Assembly (NCBI GenBank): GCA_965215565.1
Contig: CBDCDZ010000004.1
Location: 3,655,185 to 3,687,184 of the forward strand
From: Trueperaceae bacterium
Lineage (GTDB): Bacteria; Deinococcota; Deinococci; Deinococcales; Trueperaceae
Length of the DNA stretch: 32,000 bases
Reading direction: 5' to 3'
Translations under genes and position numbers: made by a program
In this document: piece by piece, positions 16,997 through 25,458 of the stretch
Layout of the letters: each line of letters begins with the position of its first letter
Numbering within the stretch: position 1 is the first letter of the stretch
The notes under the pieces: model-generated
Seen by the model: the letters and a program-made list of their open reading frames with translations, nothing else
What the model was told of the DNA's origin: nothing
Databases searched by the model: none

Positions 16997-18664
16997 TCAG
17001 TAATCTATATTCATAGCTGCACTATCGGCGATTTCGTCTGCTGCTAAAGATAGAGCGTGCCTAAGTGCTTCCTGATTTTCATTCTTGAGCAAGCTGAATC
17101 GCGATTGACTCTGTTCGGGCAAGAGGGTTACGCCCGCCTTTTGAAGAAGTCCTCTATACGCAGGATTAGCCACGAATCCTATCATGTTGGAATAATCGTG
17201 CTTATACTTTTCTATGAAATACATAAGCCTTTCGTAAACCCGCGCTTGAGCTGTTTTATCGCGTTTAGATAAGAGGAAGTCGTAATTCAAAACAGCGGGC
17301 TCTTTCACGTAACGCAGAGGAACAGGTCCGTAAAGCCCGGATAAGAAAACAATGTCGATATCGTTCTCTAGTCCCTGTAAACTTTTCACGACTCGCTTAT
17401 ATGACGATGAGTCGGTGTACGGTTTAGCCTGAGAACAGGTGAGAATTAGACAGATAGGTTTCTTGGCCTTAAAACGCCTTTTACGTATATCGAAGGCAGT
17501 AGGGTCATTTCTGACTGGCTTCACCTCCACTGCTTCCGGTAGAGGCTCGCCCTCAAGCAAGGCGCGGAGCTGGGCTCTTGGACGAGCTAGTTCAACGAGA
17601 TAGTCTTCCAGTACGCCTTTCTCCCGAGCAGCAATTGCCTTATCAAGGATTTGCATATCCATTTCAAGATTGTGAAGTGCAGTCGCAGCATAAACGACAC
17701 TCTTACGTCCCCGCTTAACCTCACCTTTTTTGGCTCGCATTACGAAAACATCTTCATGCACATCGCGCGAGTAGCAGACTTGACATGTACATGGATAGGA
17801 CAAAAGTTCCCAAAGACGTCGTTCTTTGTAATTGGGGGTGATGTATTTAAGTGAGCGAGCTTTCTGAATATAACCACTAGTGTCGAAAGTAGTCGCCCCT
17901 GCATGTAAGAGGAAAGGGACGAGAAGTCCGGTGACACCAAAAACATGCATCGGTAACTCTCCTGCAGCGCCACGTACAGCGCGGACATAACGGACGATCT
18001 CCTGCTGTCTCCCCGCCTTTCTTAACGGAACTATGGAACCTAGCCCTACCCCGTGAACGATCTGCATGAGATTTTCCTTGTCGAGACGTTCAAGCACCTC
18101 CTGCGTGAAGATGGCAGCTTGCTCGGGTGTATTCCCGTGAACAGGAACTACAAGATTTATATCTTTATCCGGTCTCTCAGAAAGAATTCTTGCGCAGTAA
18201 AGTGCATTTTGAAGTGTCTTGTTCAGTCGGTTACGCGACTCTTCTTCAGTTAATCCAGGCGGTATCGGGTAATCTAAAGACACAATCCTCGAAGCGCCTA
18301 AAGCTAGCTGGAGTTCGAGAATCTTTTCCTGCATGTTATGTTCAAAGAAGCCGTAGCGATCCAATCCAGCGGGTGGACCCTGCATGAACACGTAACCACC
18401 TGAGTCAGCTAAAATGTGTGCATGATAATCTAAGTCGAAATTGCCATTGTAGTGTTTACGCAGAGGTTTAGACAGCCACATCTCGAGTTGTTTTGGTAGT
18501 ATGGCACCGTAGTTCAAAAAGTGTAGTGCTTGAACCATCACGGGTATATTACGCCTCAATAAACCTTGTTCCATGCCATGCAAGAGTTGCTTATACATGC
18601 CGCCGCCGTTTGGCGTTGTACCTGTCATCATAGCCGTAACTGGGTATAGGATAGAATTGTGCAC
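16997..18664 (-). CDS. TGT-superfamily (DpdA-like) transglycosylase fused to a C-terminal ArcS-like (DUF5591-type) domain
   Basis: TGT hallmarks are in the canonical order: DSGG (residues 87-90), GVGLGSIVPL, HVFGVTG...TFDTSGY (Asp261), and the zinc motif C292-x-C294-xx-C297 with H331-N. Residues 400-555 carry C410-SQA-KPY-TD-S419, which matches the ArcS PC-x3-KPY-x2-S signature as I recall it. Confidence 0.8.
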   Translation of the reverse strand: MHNSILYPVTAMMTGTTPNGGGMYKQLLHGMEQGLLRRNIPVMVQALHFLNYGAILPKQLEMWLSKPLRKHYNGNFDLDYHAHILADSGGYVFMQGPPAGLDRYGFFEHNMQEKILELQLALGASRIVSLDYPIPPGLTEEESRNRLNKTLQNALYCARILSERPDKDINLVVPVHGNTPEQAAIFTQEVLERLDKENLMQIVHGVGLGSIVPLRKAGRQQEIVRYVRAVRGAAGELPMHVFGVTGLLVPFLLHAGATTFDTSGYIQKARSLKYITPNYKERRLWELLSYPCTCQVCYSRDVHEDVFVMRAKKGEVKRGRKSVVYAATALHNLEMDMQILDKAIAAREKGVLEDYLVELARPRAQLRALLEGEPLPEAVEVKPVRNDPTAFDIRKRRFKAKKPICLILTCSQAKPYTDSSSYKRVVKSLQGLENDIDIVFLSGLYGPVPLRYVKEPAVLNYDFLLSKRDKTAQARVYERLMYFIEKYKHDYSNMIGFVANPAYRGLLQKAGVTLLPEQSQSRFSLLKNENQEALRHALSLAADEIADSAAMNIDY

Positions 18665-18704
18665 AGGAAGACCTTACCGTACGAAGAGCGATAAAGCAAG
18701 ACCT

Positions 18705-19151
18705 TCAAGTAGGAAGCAGGAATTCGTACCGCAACATTTTGCTTATATTCCTATGCGGGTTATCTACGATAAGAACGGTTTCAGCGTTGCGGTAAAAGCT
18801 GCCCCAGAGGAAGTTTGCTGACCCCACTAGAGCGATTTCATCAGTGATCAAACCCTTGCTGTGCAAGTGAGGAACAATGTGGTGTTTATCAGGCGTAAAG
18901 CGCGATAAAAGTGCATTGAGCCTCCGGTCCGGTTCTCTCGTATAGATTGAGGTTCGATGCCCCTGTCCTTGTAGATAAAGTAGCAAGGTGCTCAGTCGTT
19001 GCGGTCCCGATTTATTGACAGGATAAGGTAGCTGTAGGGGTAGATCGTCCATCCAAGGGCTGACAATTGCGATGTCACCCTCGCTACTCAACATAATCTG
19101 AGGAACCAACCACGGCAGCTTCTTAGAGGCTAAGAACACGGTTAGGTGCAC
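18705..19151 (-). CDS. PLD-superfamily (single HKD, Nuc-like) nuclease
   Basis: HSKGLITDEIALVGSANF gives an HxK(x4)D(x5)GSxN motif. The size of about 148 aa would require a dimer. The 5' end overlaps the helicase stop, so the exact start is uncertain (19151, 19139 or 19094). Confidence 0.8.
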   Translation of the reverse strand: MHLTVFLASKKLPWLVPQIMLSSEGDIAIVSPWMDDLPLQLPYPVNKSGPQRLSTLLLYLQGQGHRTSIYTREPDRRLNALLSRFTPDKHHIVPHLHSKGLITDEIALVGSANFLWGSFYRNAETVLIVDNPHRNISKMLRYEFLLPT

Positions 19152-22100
19152 CGCTCTCGAGAACCATCGGTAAGTTTTTCCCCTCTCTAGCCCTTTCGGA
19201 AAGTTCTTTGTTGCTCATCTCTATTATCAGCCTCGATAGTATTGACTCAGCGAGTAACCTTGAAGGCTCCTCGTCACCGATCTGCTGAGTACCGACACAA
19301 ACGGGGCAGCCATCAGTTTCTAAACAGGTGTATTGGAATGGCTCCCCACTCGCTCGTTGGTTGATCAACCGGGTAAGTTCGTTTGAAACTTCGACGAAAA
19401 TATCCTCTGGTAGCGTACTCTGGGGATCGGGTAGGTTGAGGCGTGCCACCGTACGCGTACGTAATAGTTGGGCGTCTATACCATCGCGCAATGCCTCTTC
19501 AGCTAAACCGACAGGGCATAGCACAACACGTAGCAGTTCTTGGTAAACCTGAAGTGCATCAGCCTCAAGTGCTTTCTGGAAAACTTCGATAAGACCCGCG
19601 CCCCCCTCAAAAACTTCCCACACCGAAACGTTATTGTCGCCGATCGCAGACTCTAAATCTTCACGGTGCACGCCGACGACACTTGCTACTGCCCGATGAA
19701 GCAGCTCTCGAGCGGTGGCAAGTGCCACTCCTCGGAGTTGCTGCGGCTGCGCTCGTCCCTCACTAAGCTCGTTGAGCAAGTCATCGAGCTGCCATCCAAG
19801 TGCTTGCGTGTCTATCGTATACACCATTGGCTCAAGGTAACGGACTTCAAAGCGGTCTGGATCGCCGCTAGCCCTGAAATACTCTGCGTCCGCGTCTCTA
19901 TCGTTTGAGTTACTCTTCAGATAACGATGTGACTCAACGTCAGAACCTAAAACTCTGGTCCTCCCTTGTCCCTCAAATACACGCAGTCGCTCGCTAATAC
20001 ACGTTCCCGTATGATTTTCGAAACGCCTCTCTAAGTAGGGCTGGGCGTAGAGCTTTCGAAATTCAAGTTGCCCGCCACATTCACAAACCCGCTTACTAAG
20101 ACTGTGAACCTTGTAGCATTGCTTACAAAATTTAACGACTTGGCGTCCTTGACGGTCCGTACGGACGCCGCGTAAAGGTACAATCTGAGGACGTACACCC
20201 CCTTCTACACTTAAACCCTCAATGGGTAAACGCACCCTGACCCTGCTTCCGTCAACCCAATCAGGGTGGTGTTCCGTATCGAGGGTTGCCAAAGTCGTGT
20301 CTCCATAATGACGATAAGTCAGTCTATACGGTAAATAAAGACTCGCTAAGTTGGAAACTTGCTCCTCTATGTAGTCAGAGCTGCCGCTAGAGTAACGCTT
20401 TTCGAAACGCAAAGGCTTTACGGTTTGAAAGTAAGATGAGGGTAGGAGAGAGCTGATGGAGACCGGACAGTTGTTCTCTACGCAGGTGTGGCTAGGTTCG
20501 CTTACTGCGTCGACGCCAGCGTGTAAATAGTAAAGCGAACCTAGCGTTACTTTTATGTCTTGTGGAGACGATTGGAAGGACCACCCTTTATTCCAGTGCT
20601 CCTTTAACGTGAAAAAGAAGTTGTGGAGCCGCTCGTAGTCAGAGATGCTTCCTTCGCCTGTTCGTCTTAGGTTATAGAGGTGAGCCCTAAGGTTAGTAAG
20701 CAAGGTCACTACTTCTGCGAGATGCTCGGCACGTTCAGGTTCATCAACGAGAATCTGGCTTACTTGGCTGATAAGACTATTGGTAGTAAGACGCTGTGTC
20801 GGCTGTGCTCCTCCAGCGAGGTAGTTGTCGATCTGCTCTCGGAATGCATCTAAGTCATTCATCAACTCGGTGGGAAAAGCGCTTCGAAGTTGAGTCAAAT
20901 GGCGTCTCAAATCGAGGATAGGTCCGGTTCTCTCTAATTCTCTATCAGCCCAGCCAATCAAAGCATCTTTGAATCCAGAAAGATCGAAGTAGCCTGCAAA
21001 TCTGTCTCTAAAATTGTCAAAGTCTTCCTGATACTTAGCACTCAATGTTGGGCAGGCTTCGAGCTGGTCGAGGATGTAACGTGCTATGGCCTTAGGTGGA
21101 AAACTTTCGTTTTGTTGGTAGTACTTGGCATATTGACTACGGTCCCGCTCCAGTCTCTCGTGTAATTGTTGAATAACCGCATTGTCCGTATTGAGGGGGA
21201 TGTCGAAAACGCCATTTAGTAACCGTTGACGTCTAAAAAGTGCGAAGTTATCCGGAGCGTCGTTACCCAATATAAGGATGCTATGACTTAGATCGCCTTG
21301 CTTTCGTCCAGCGCGTCCGCGCCTCTGAGTAAAACCTGCTAGAGAACGCGGTGGTCTGTATTGGACAACAGCTTTGATCTGTTCATTGTCCACGCCTACC
21401 TCCAGTGTAGGCGAAGCGACAAGAAGATTGGGACTAAGATTTTTACCCGTCTTCGATGTGACTTGAGCTACTGAGAGAGGCTCTTCACTAACTACTTCTG
21501 CTGGTTCATAGCAATCTTTGCCACCATGTATTCCTCTCCAGCACTCGCCCGCACTATAGATATCGCAGCGCATAGGTTCCTTGCGAGGGCAGGGTTCATT
21601 ATTCCCATTTAACGGGTAAGAAATATCTTCGACTACCGTGCGGAATGCCCAAAGCCCTTGATTGTGTTCAGCGTCTCGAAGCTGATTAAAAAAGCGCCCC
21701 GTCTGATCGAGAGAATCCGCAAAAATGATAACCTTCTCTTGAGGGGTCAAAAAAGCGTGCCCGAGTGCCATAGCGCACTGGATGAGTAAGGAAGACGGAG
21801 CAGGGCTTGACTCATCAGTTGGCGTCTGAAGCGTGACAAACCCTTCTATTCCTCCCAACTCTTGCTCTGCTTCGTAGGCACTTGAAAGAGCCTCGTGTGC
21901 TCGGACTCCCTGGTCACTCCCGTAAAATAATCGGCTCGCGAAACGTATAGGGTCCGAAATGGTTGCGCTGGCAGCAATGAGCGTGAGTTCTTTGCCAACA
22001 AGTTTCTTCAGCCGATTGATGAGCTGATGAACGTGGACGCCGTAAAGCGAATCGTACAGATGCGCCTCGTCGATAACAATTCCGCTGAGTCCTGTAAGGA

Positions 22101-23010
22101 ACGGTTCAAACTCCGGCCGAAGGTAGAAGGAATCGAGCGACTCGGCTGTCGTTACCATTATCGGTGGGTTTGCCTTGATATGCCCTTCACGCGATATTGA
22201 CACCGCAAAAGTTTTTTTGCAATCTGGGCACTCAAGTTCTCGGTAGGGTTGCTCTCCTTTTGGAAGGAGTCGCAATTTGACCTTCGCACCACAGACGGGA
22301 CATTCTTCTAGCGATTGAAATTCTCCTGATTCGAAGAGGGGAGAGCCATCATCGTCATATTGATTATCGACCGTTAATTGGTCAGAACGCTTGACGGAGC
22401 CGAACTGAATTCCTACCGGAATGACATGACCTTGCTGTCGCGCGAAATAGGCTGCGCTCAACACCCGCGCAAGTTGATCCTCAAGCAGGGCGATGCGAGG
22501 ATAGACTAAAATGAAACGCTGGGTGGGGTTCTTCAAAAGACTGTAGATAAGAGGAAGTACGAAAACTTCCGTTTTTCCGGCTCCCGTAGGTGCCGTGATG
22601 ACGAGTCCAGAGCGATTCTCCACTGATCTCAAAACTTCAGCCCAACCGTCGACCTGAAATCTACTAAATTCTGGGTACGGGCTCAGTTTGGCGACAGCTT
22701 CCTGTTCGGTCGTAGGAAAAGTGCTTACGCTGCGAATAGGTCTTGTGCGAGGTATGGCGTCAAAACGGAGGCGTCCAACAAGAACATTGCCGCTTTCGCT
22801 CGCTCCAAAGCGCTGTTTTACCGTCTCCAAAATCCGCAGTAGCTCAAGCGTTCGTGGCACCTTGACACTAGGGGAAAGGGCGACCATATGTGCATCTGTA
22901 CTGATAGCATTAGAACGCCGCGCCACAACCGCCGCATCTGGCGTTGTGTTGTTGCGATTTACTTCTGTGCTAATTCGCTCCAATTCTGCGAGTAGTTCAG
23001 GCAGCATCAA
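19123..23010 (-). CDS. Large superfamily-2 DEAH helicase with inserted zinc ribbons and a DUF1998-like Cys-rich C-terminus
   Basis: Helicase motifs: APTGAGKT (140-147), DEAH (314-317), SAT (348-350) and QRRGRAGR (562-569). A CxxC...CxxC ribbon (C237, C240, C261, C264) is inserted in the RecA1 domain and a 4-Cys cluster lies at 474-500. A CKQC...CEC ribbon and the DGCPVC motif near the C-terminus (about 1229-1238) fit the DUF1998/MZB signature as I recall it. A GAGG RBS precedes the ATGATG start. Confidence 0.8.
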   Translation of the reverse strand: MMLPELLAELERISTEVNRNNTTPDAAVVARRSNAISTDAHMVALSPSVKVPRTLELLRILETVKQRFGASESGNVLVGRLRFDAIPRTRPIRSVSTFPTTEQEAVAKLSPYPEFSRFQVDGWAEVLRSVENRSGLVITAPTGAGKTEVFVLPLIYSLLKNPTQRFILVYPRIALLEDQLARVLSAAYFARQQGHVIPVGIQFGSVKRSDQLTVDNQYDDDGSPLFESGEFQSLEECPVCGAKVKLRLLPKGEQPYRELECPDCKKTFAVSISREGHIKANPPIMVTTAESLDSFYLRPEFEPFLTGLSGIVIDEAHLYDSLYGVHVHQLINRLKKLVGKELTLIAASATISDPIRFASRLFYGSDQGVRAHEALSSAYEAEQELGGIEGFVTLQTPTDESSPAPSSLLIQCAMALGHAFLTPQEKVIIFADSLDQTGRFFNQLRDAEHNQGLWAFRTVVEDISYPLNGNNEPCPRKEPMRCDIYSAGECWRGIHGGKDCYEPAEVVSEEPLSVAQVTSKTGKNLSPNLLVASPTLEVGVDNEQIKAVVQYRPPRSLAGFTQRRGRAGRKQGDLSHSILILGNDAPDNFALFRRQRLLNGVFDIPLNTDNAVIQQLHERLERDRSQYAKYYQQNESFPPKAIARYILDQLEACPTLSAKYQEDFDNFRDRFAGYFDLSGFKDALIGWADRELERTGPILDLRRHLTQLRSAFPTELMNDLDAFREQIDNYLAGGAQPTQRLTTNSLISQVSQILVDEPERAEHLAEVVTLLTNLRAHLYNLRRTGEGSISDYERLHNFFFTLKEHWNKGWSFQSSPQDIKVTLGSLYYLHAGVDAVSEPSHTCVENNCPVSISSLLPSSYFQTVKPLRFEKRYSSGSSDYIEEQVSNLASLYLPYRLTYRHYGDTTLATLDTEHHPDWVDGSRVRVRLPIEGLSVEGGVRPQIVPLRGVRTDRQGRQVVKFCKQCYKVHSLSKRVCECGGQLEFRKLYAQPYLERRFENHTGTCISERLRVFEGQGRTRVLGSDVESHRYLKSNSNDRDADAEYFRASGDPDRFEVRYLEPMVYTIDTQALGWQLDDLLNELSEGRAQPQQLRGVALATARELLHRAVASVVGVHREDLESAIGDNNVSVWEVFEGGAGLIEVFQKALEADALQVYQELLRVVLCPVGLAEEALRDGIDAQLLRTRTVARLNLPDPQSTLPEDIFVEVSNELTRLINQRASGEPFQYTCLETDGCPVCVGTQQIGDEEPSRLLAESILSRLIIEMSNKELSERAREGKNLPMVLESGAPNRVLSL

Positions 23011-23449
23011 CGTCGACCTCTACTCAACTCTGTATTCAGTTGCTTCGAAGCGGTGCTCACTTCATCGGAAGTCTTTGACATTTTATTGAACTCCTCTAGC
23101 ACTCCAGCGCGTTCGCTCTTTGCGCTCCCCAAGCAGAGATTGTGGAGAAATAGTCTGAGAAAGGTTACTCCACATTCCCTTTTCTATCTGCTAGCTCTTT
23201 CCCCTTCCTTCAGGAACTCATCGGTAAAAATTCACAAGAACTAAATGGAAGCGTAACACGACGTAACGACCTGATGCCATAGTGGATTAAGGGCGTGAGG
23301 AACTTCACAACTACCGTTAGAAATGGCCCTAATCTTCCGCTGAACCAAAGGCATTACGCACAGCATCTTGAGACTAGCTTCTTATATTCGAAATAGGTTA
23401 GCGTTATGAAGCTTACGGCGACTTCAAAGTTTGAGAGAGTGAGATAAGA

Positions 23450-24061
23450 GTGCGAAGAGACGTGTTGATAACGGTTTTAGTAGCCATCTATATCGCTACT
23501 GAGTTAGTTTCGAACGCCACAGCGGGCCGCCTCGTGCAGCTAGGCGCATTTGTCTTCCCTGGAGCGATTTTTCTCTACTCCCTTACCTTTACACTGCGAG
23601 ATGCGGTGCATACAGCGGGCGGTTGGCGCGTCGCCAAAGCGCTCATTTGGGCTGGCTTCATCGCGAACGCTATTCTCGCGCTTTACGGGTTGTCCATTAA
23701 CGCATTTCCTAAACCAGTCTGGTTCGATGACTCAGCTTACCAAGCAGTGTTCGGAACGACGGCAAGGGTAGTCGCCGCTTCTCTGGTTGCTTATCTCGCG
23801 TCCACCTGGCTCGACGCTCTCATCTTTGAACGTTTCAAGCGCTCGATAGTCAACCGCGTGCTTGCCTCAAATGTCGTTTCTACGTCTGTCGATTCTGTCC
23901 TCTTTATTACTATTGCATTCGCCGGCACAGGTGCCCCGCTGCTCAACCTCATTGTCGGACAGATAGTCGTTAAGATGATCGTAAGCACCCTACTCATCCC
24001 TGTCGTATATTGGGTGCGGGACACTTTACGTGAACAAGGGTTGGCGATGGAGGGATACTAG
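23450..24061 (+). CDS. yhhQ: Queuosine-precursor (preQ0/preQ1) transporter, YhhQ/VUT family
   Basis: About 6 TM helices, with the typical motifs ATELVSN...AGRLVQLG, FPGAIFLYSLTFTLRD and SNVVSTSVDSVLF. The start is GTG. Confidence 0.8.
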   Translation: MRRDVLITVLVAIYIATELVSNATAGRLVQLGAFVFPGAIFLYSLTFTLRDAVHTAGGWRVAKALIWAGFIANAILALYGLSINAFPKPVWFDDSAYQAVFGTTARVVAASLVAYLASTWLDALIFERFKRSIVNRVLASNVVSTSVDSVLFITIAFAGTGAPLLNLIVGQIVVKMIVSTLLIPVVYWVRDTLREQGLAMEGY

Positions 24062-24757
24062 ATGTCAAGAGCAGTCGTTCTACTCTCGGGTGGACTCGAC
24101 TCCGCTACAGCAGCTGCACAGGCTATCGCAGACGGCTATGATCTCATGGCCCTTTCCTTCCGATATGGTCAACGTCACGAACGGGAACTCGAAGCTGCTA
24201 AAGCGGTAGCCGAAGCGCTGCACATTCAAGAGCACTTCGTTAGCGACGTCAACTTGGCACAGTGGGGTGGGTCGTCTCTCACCGATGAAGATATAGACGT
24301 GCCTACAGGAGGGAGCGACGCGAATGCCATCCCCTCGACCTACGTTCCCGGACGCAACACCGTCTTCATTGCGATTGCGCTCTCGCTCGCCGAGGCGAAA
24401 AACGCTGAAGCCATATACCTCGGTATCAACGCCGTGGACTACTCGGGTTATCCTGATTGTCGACCTGAGTACTTAGAAGCGTTCAAAAATCTCGCTGAGC
24501 TTTCGAGCAAAGCAGGACTTGAAGGTAATGCGCCTAGGCTTGTTGCCCCACTCGTTATGGACTCGAAGGCAGACATCGTCAGGCGTGCCCTCAGGCTAGG
24601 TGTGCCCATCGAGAGTACATGGTCCTGCTATCAAGGCATGGAGGAGCCGTGTGGAGTCTGCGATTCCTGTCGTATCCGTGATCAGGCTCTTATTAAAGCA
24701 GGGAAAGCAGACTTAGTCGGCTCCTTCAATTTATCTCGCGCTGTCCCGAGTTGCTAG
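24062..24757 (+). CDS. queC: 7-cyano-7-deazaguanine (preQ0) synthase
   Basis: PP-loop [22 protein letters not shown], and the C-terminal zinc cluster CYQG...CGVCDSC. The ATG follows the yhhQ stop directly (TAGATG). Confidence 0.9.
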   Translation: MSRAVVLLSGGLDSATAAAQAIADGYDLMALSFRYGQRHERELEAAKAVAEALHIQEHFVSDVNLAQWGGSSLTDEDIDVPTGGSDANAIPSTYVPGRNTVFIAIALSLAEAKNAEAIYLGINAVDYSGYPDCRPEYLEAFKNLAELSSKAGLEGNAPRLVAPLVMDSKADIVRRALRLGVPIESTWSCYQGMEEPCGVCDSCRIRDQALIKAGKADLVGSFNLSRAVPSC

Positions 24758-25457
24758 CCCCTGGTTCATTGTCCGCTCCAATAAGGTTCTTATAGCTTTC
24801 GGCAAAAAGTGAAAGCGCAAATATAGTTTCATCAATAACTTCAATTGTCAGGTTGCTTGCTTTCTGAATGGAATCGAATTGAGGTCTCCAACCATTTGCT
24901 TTACTAATAAGTGTAAGTTTAGAAATTAGTTCGGGGTTCATTGTTTCTTTAGTAATTTTCCAGTCATCATGGGGATCATGATCAACTATGTAGCTATATA
25001 ACGGAGTTATTCCCCCACCTCCCGGTCGATCAAAACCGTAGAAGGTATATAGCGATGTTTCCCTGCCTTCAGGTAATGTGTAGAGACAGTTTCGCGCTCT
25101 TTCCTCTAACCATTTAGCCATCCAAGGATTAGAGCCATGTTCGCGCTCACTAGCAACCTTGATCAATTCCCTCAGAATACTTTGGAAGTCTTTGAGGACC
25201 CGCTGAACTAAAGAACAATAATTTAGCAGATGCGTAGCAACGGGGTAGTAGACAGTTTCTTGGATCAAATACCACGCAGCTATGTCTCCTCCCAGAACGC
25301 CATCTTCGTCAACGAACGTTTTAGCATGTCGCTCAATCATCACCGAATACATCTGTTCTAACGCCGACGCACGAGGGTACCAATCTTCATGACCTAGTTC
25401 TCTAATGTCACTAAATACAGAATTATCTGACTCGTCAGGGATCATTTCGTCTCCCAA
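24726..25457 (-). CDS. Hypothetical protein (lowest-GC gene in the window)
   Basis: 243-aa uninterrupted ORF in about 40% GC DNA. Its 3' end overlaps the queC 3' end by 32 nt. No motif recognised. Confidence 0.5.
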   Translation of the reverse strand: MGDEMIPDESDNSVFSDIRELGHEDWYPRASALEQMYSVMIERHAKTFVDEDGVLGGDIAAWYLIQETVYYPVATHLLNYCSLVQRVLKDFQSILRELIKVASEREHGSNPWMAKWLEERARNCLYTLPEGRETSLYTFYGFDRPGGGGITPLYSYIVDHDPHDDWKITKETMNPELISKLTLISKANGWRPQFDSIQKASNLTIEVIDETIFALSLFAESYKNLIGADNEPGASNSGQREIN

Positions 25458-25458
25458 T

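Noticed and set aside
23290-23330. Nested stem (AGGGC...GCCCT enclosing GTGA...TCAC) about 120 bp upstream of yhhQ, considered as a possible preQ1 riboswitch.
   Set aside because: I could not match it to the preQ1-I consensus as I remember it (short hairpin followed by an A-rich tail ending in ACUA), nor convincingly to classes II or III. An Infernal scan is needed, so I make no claim.
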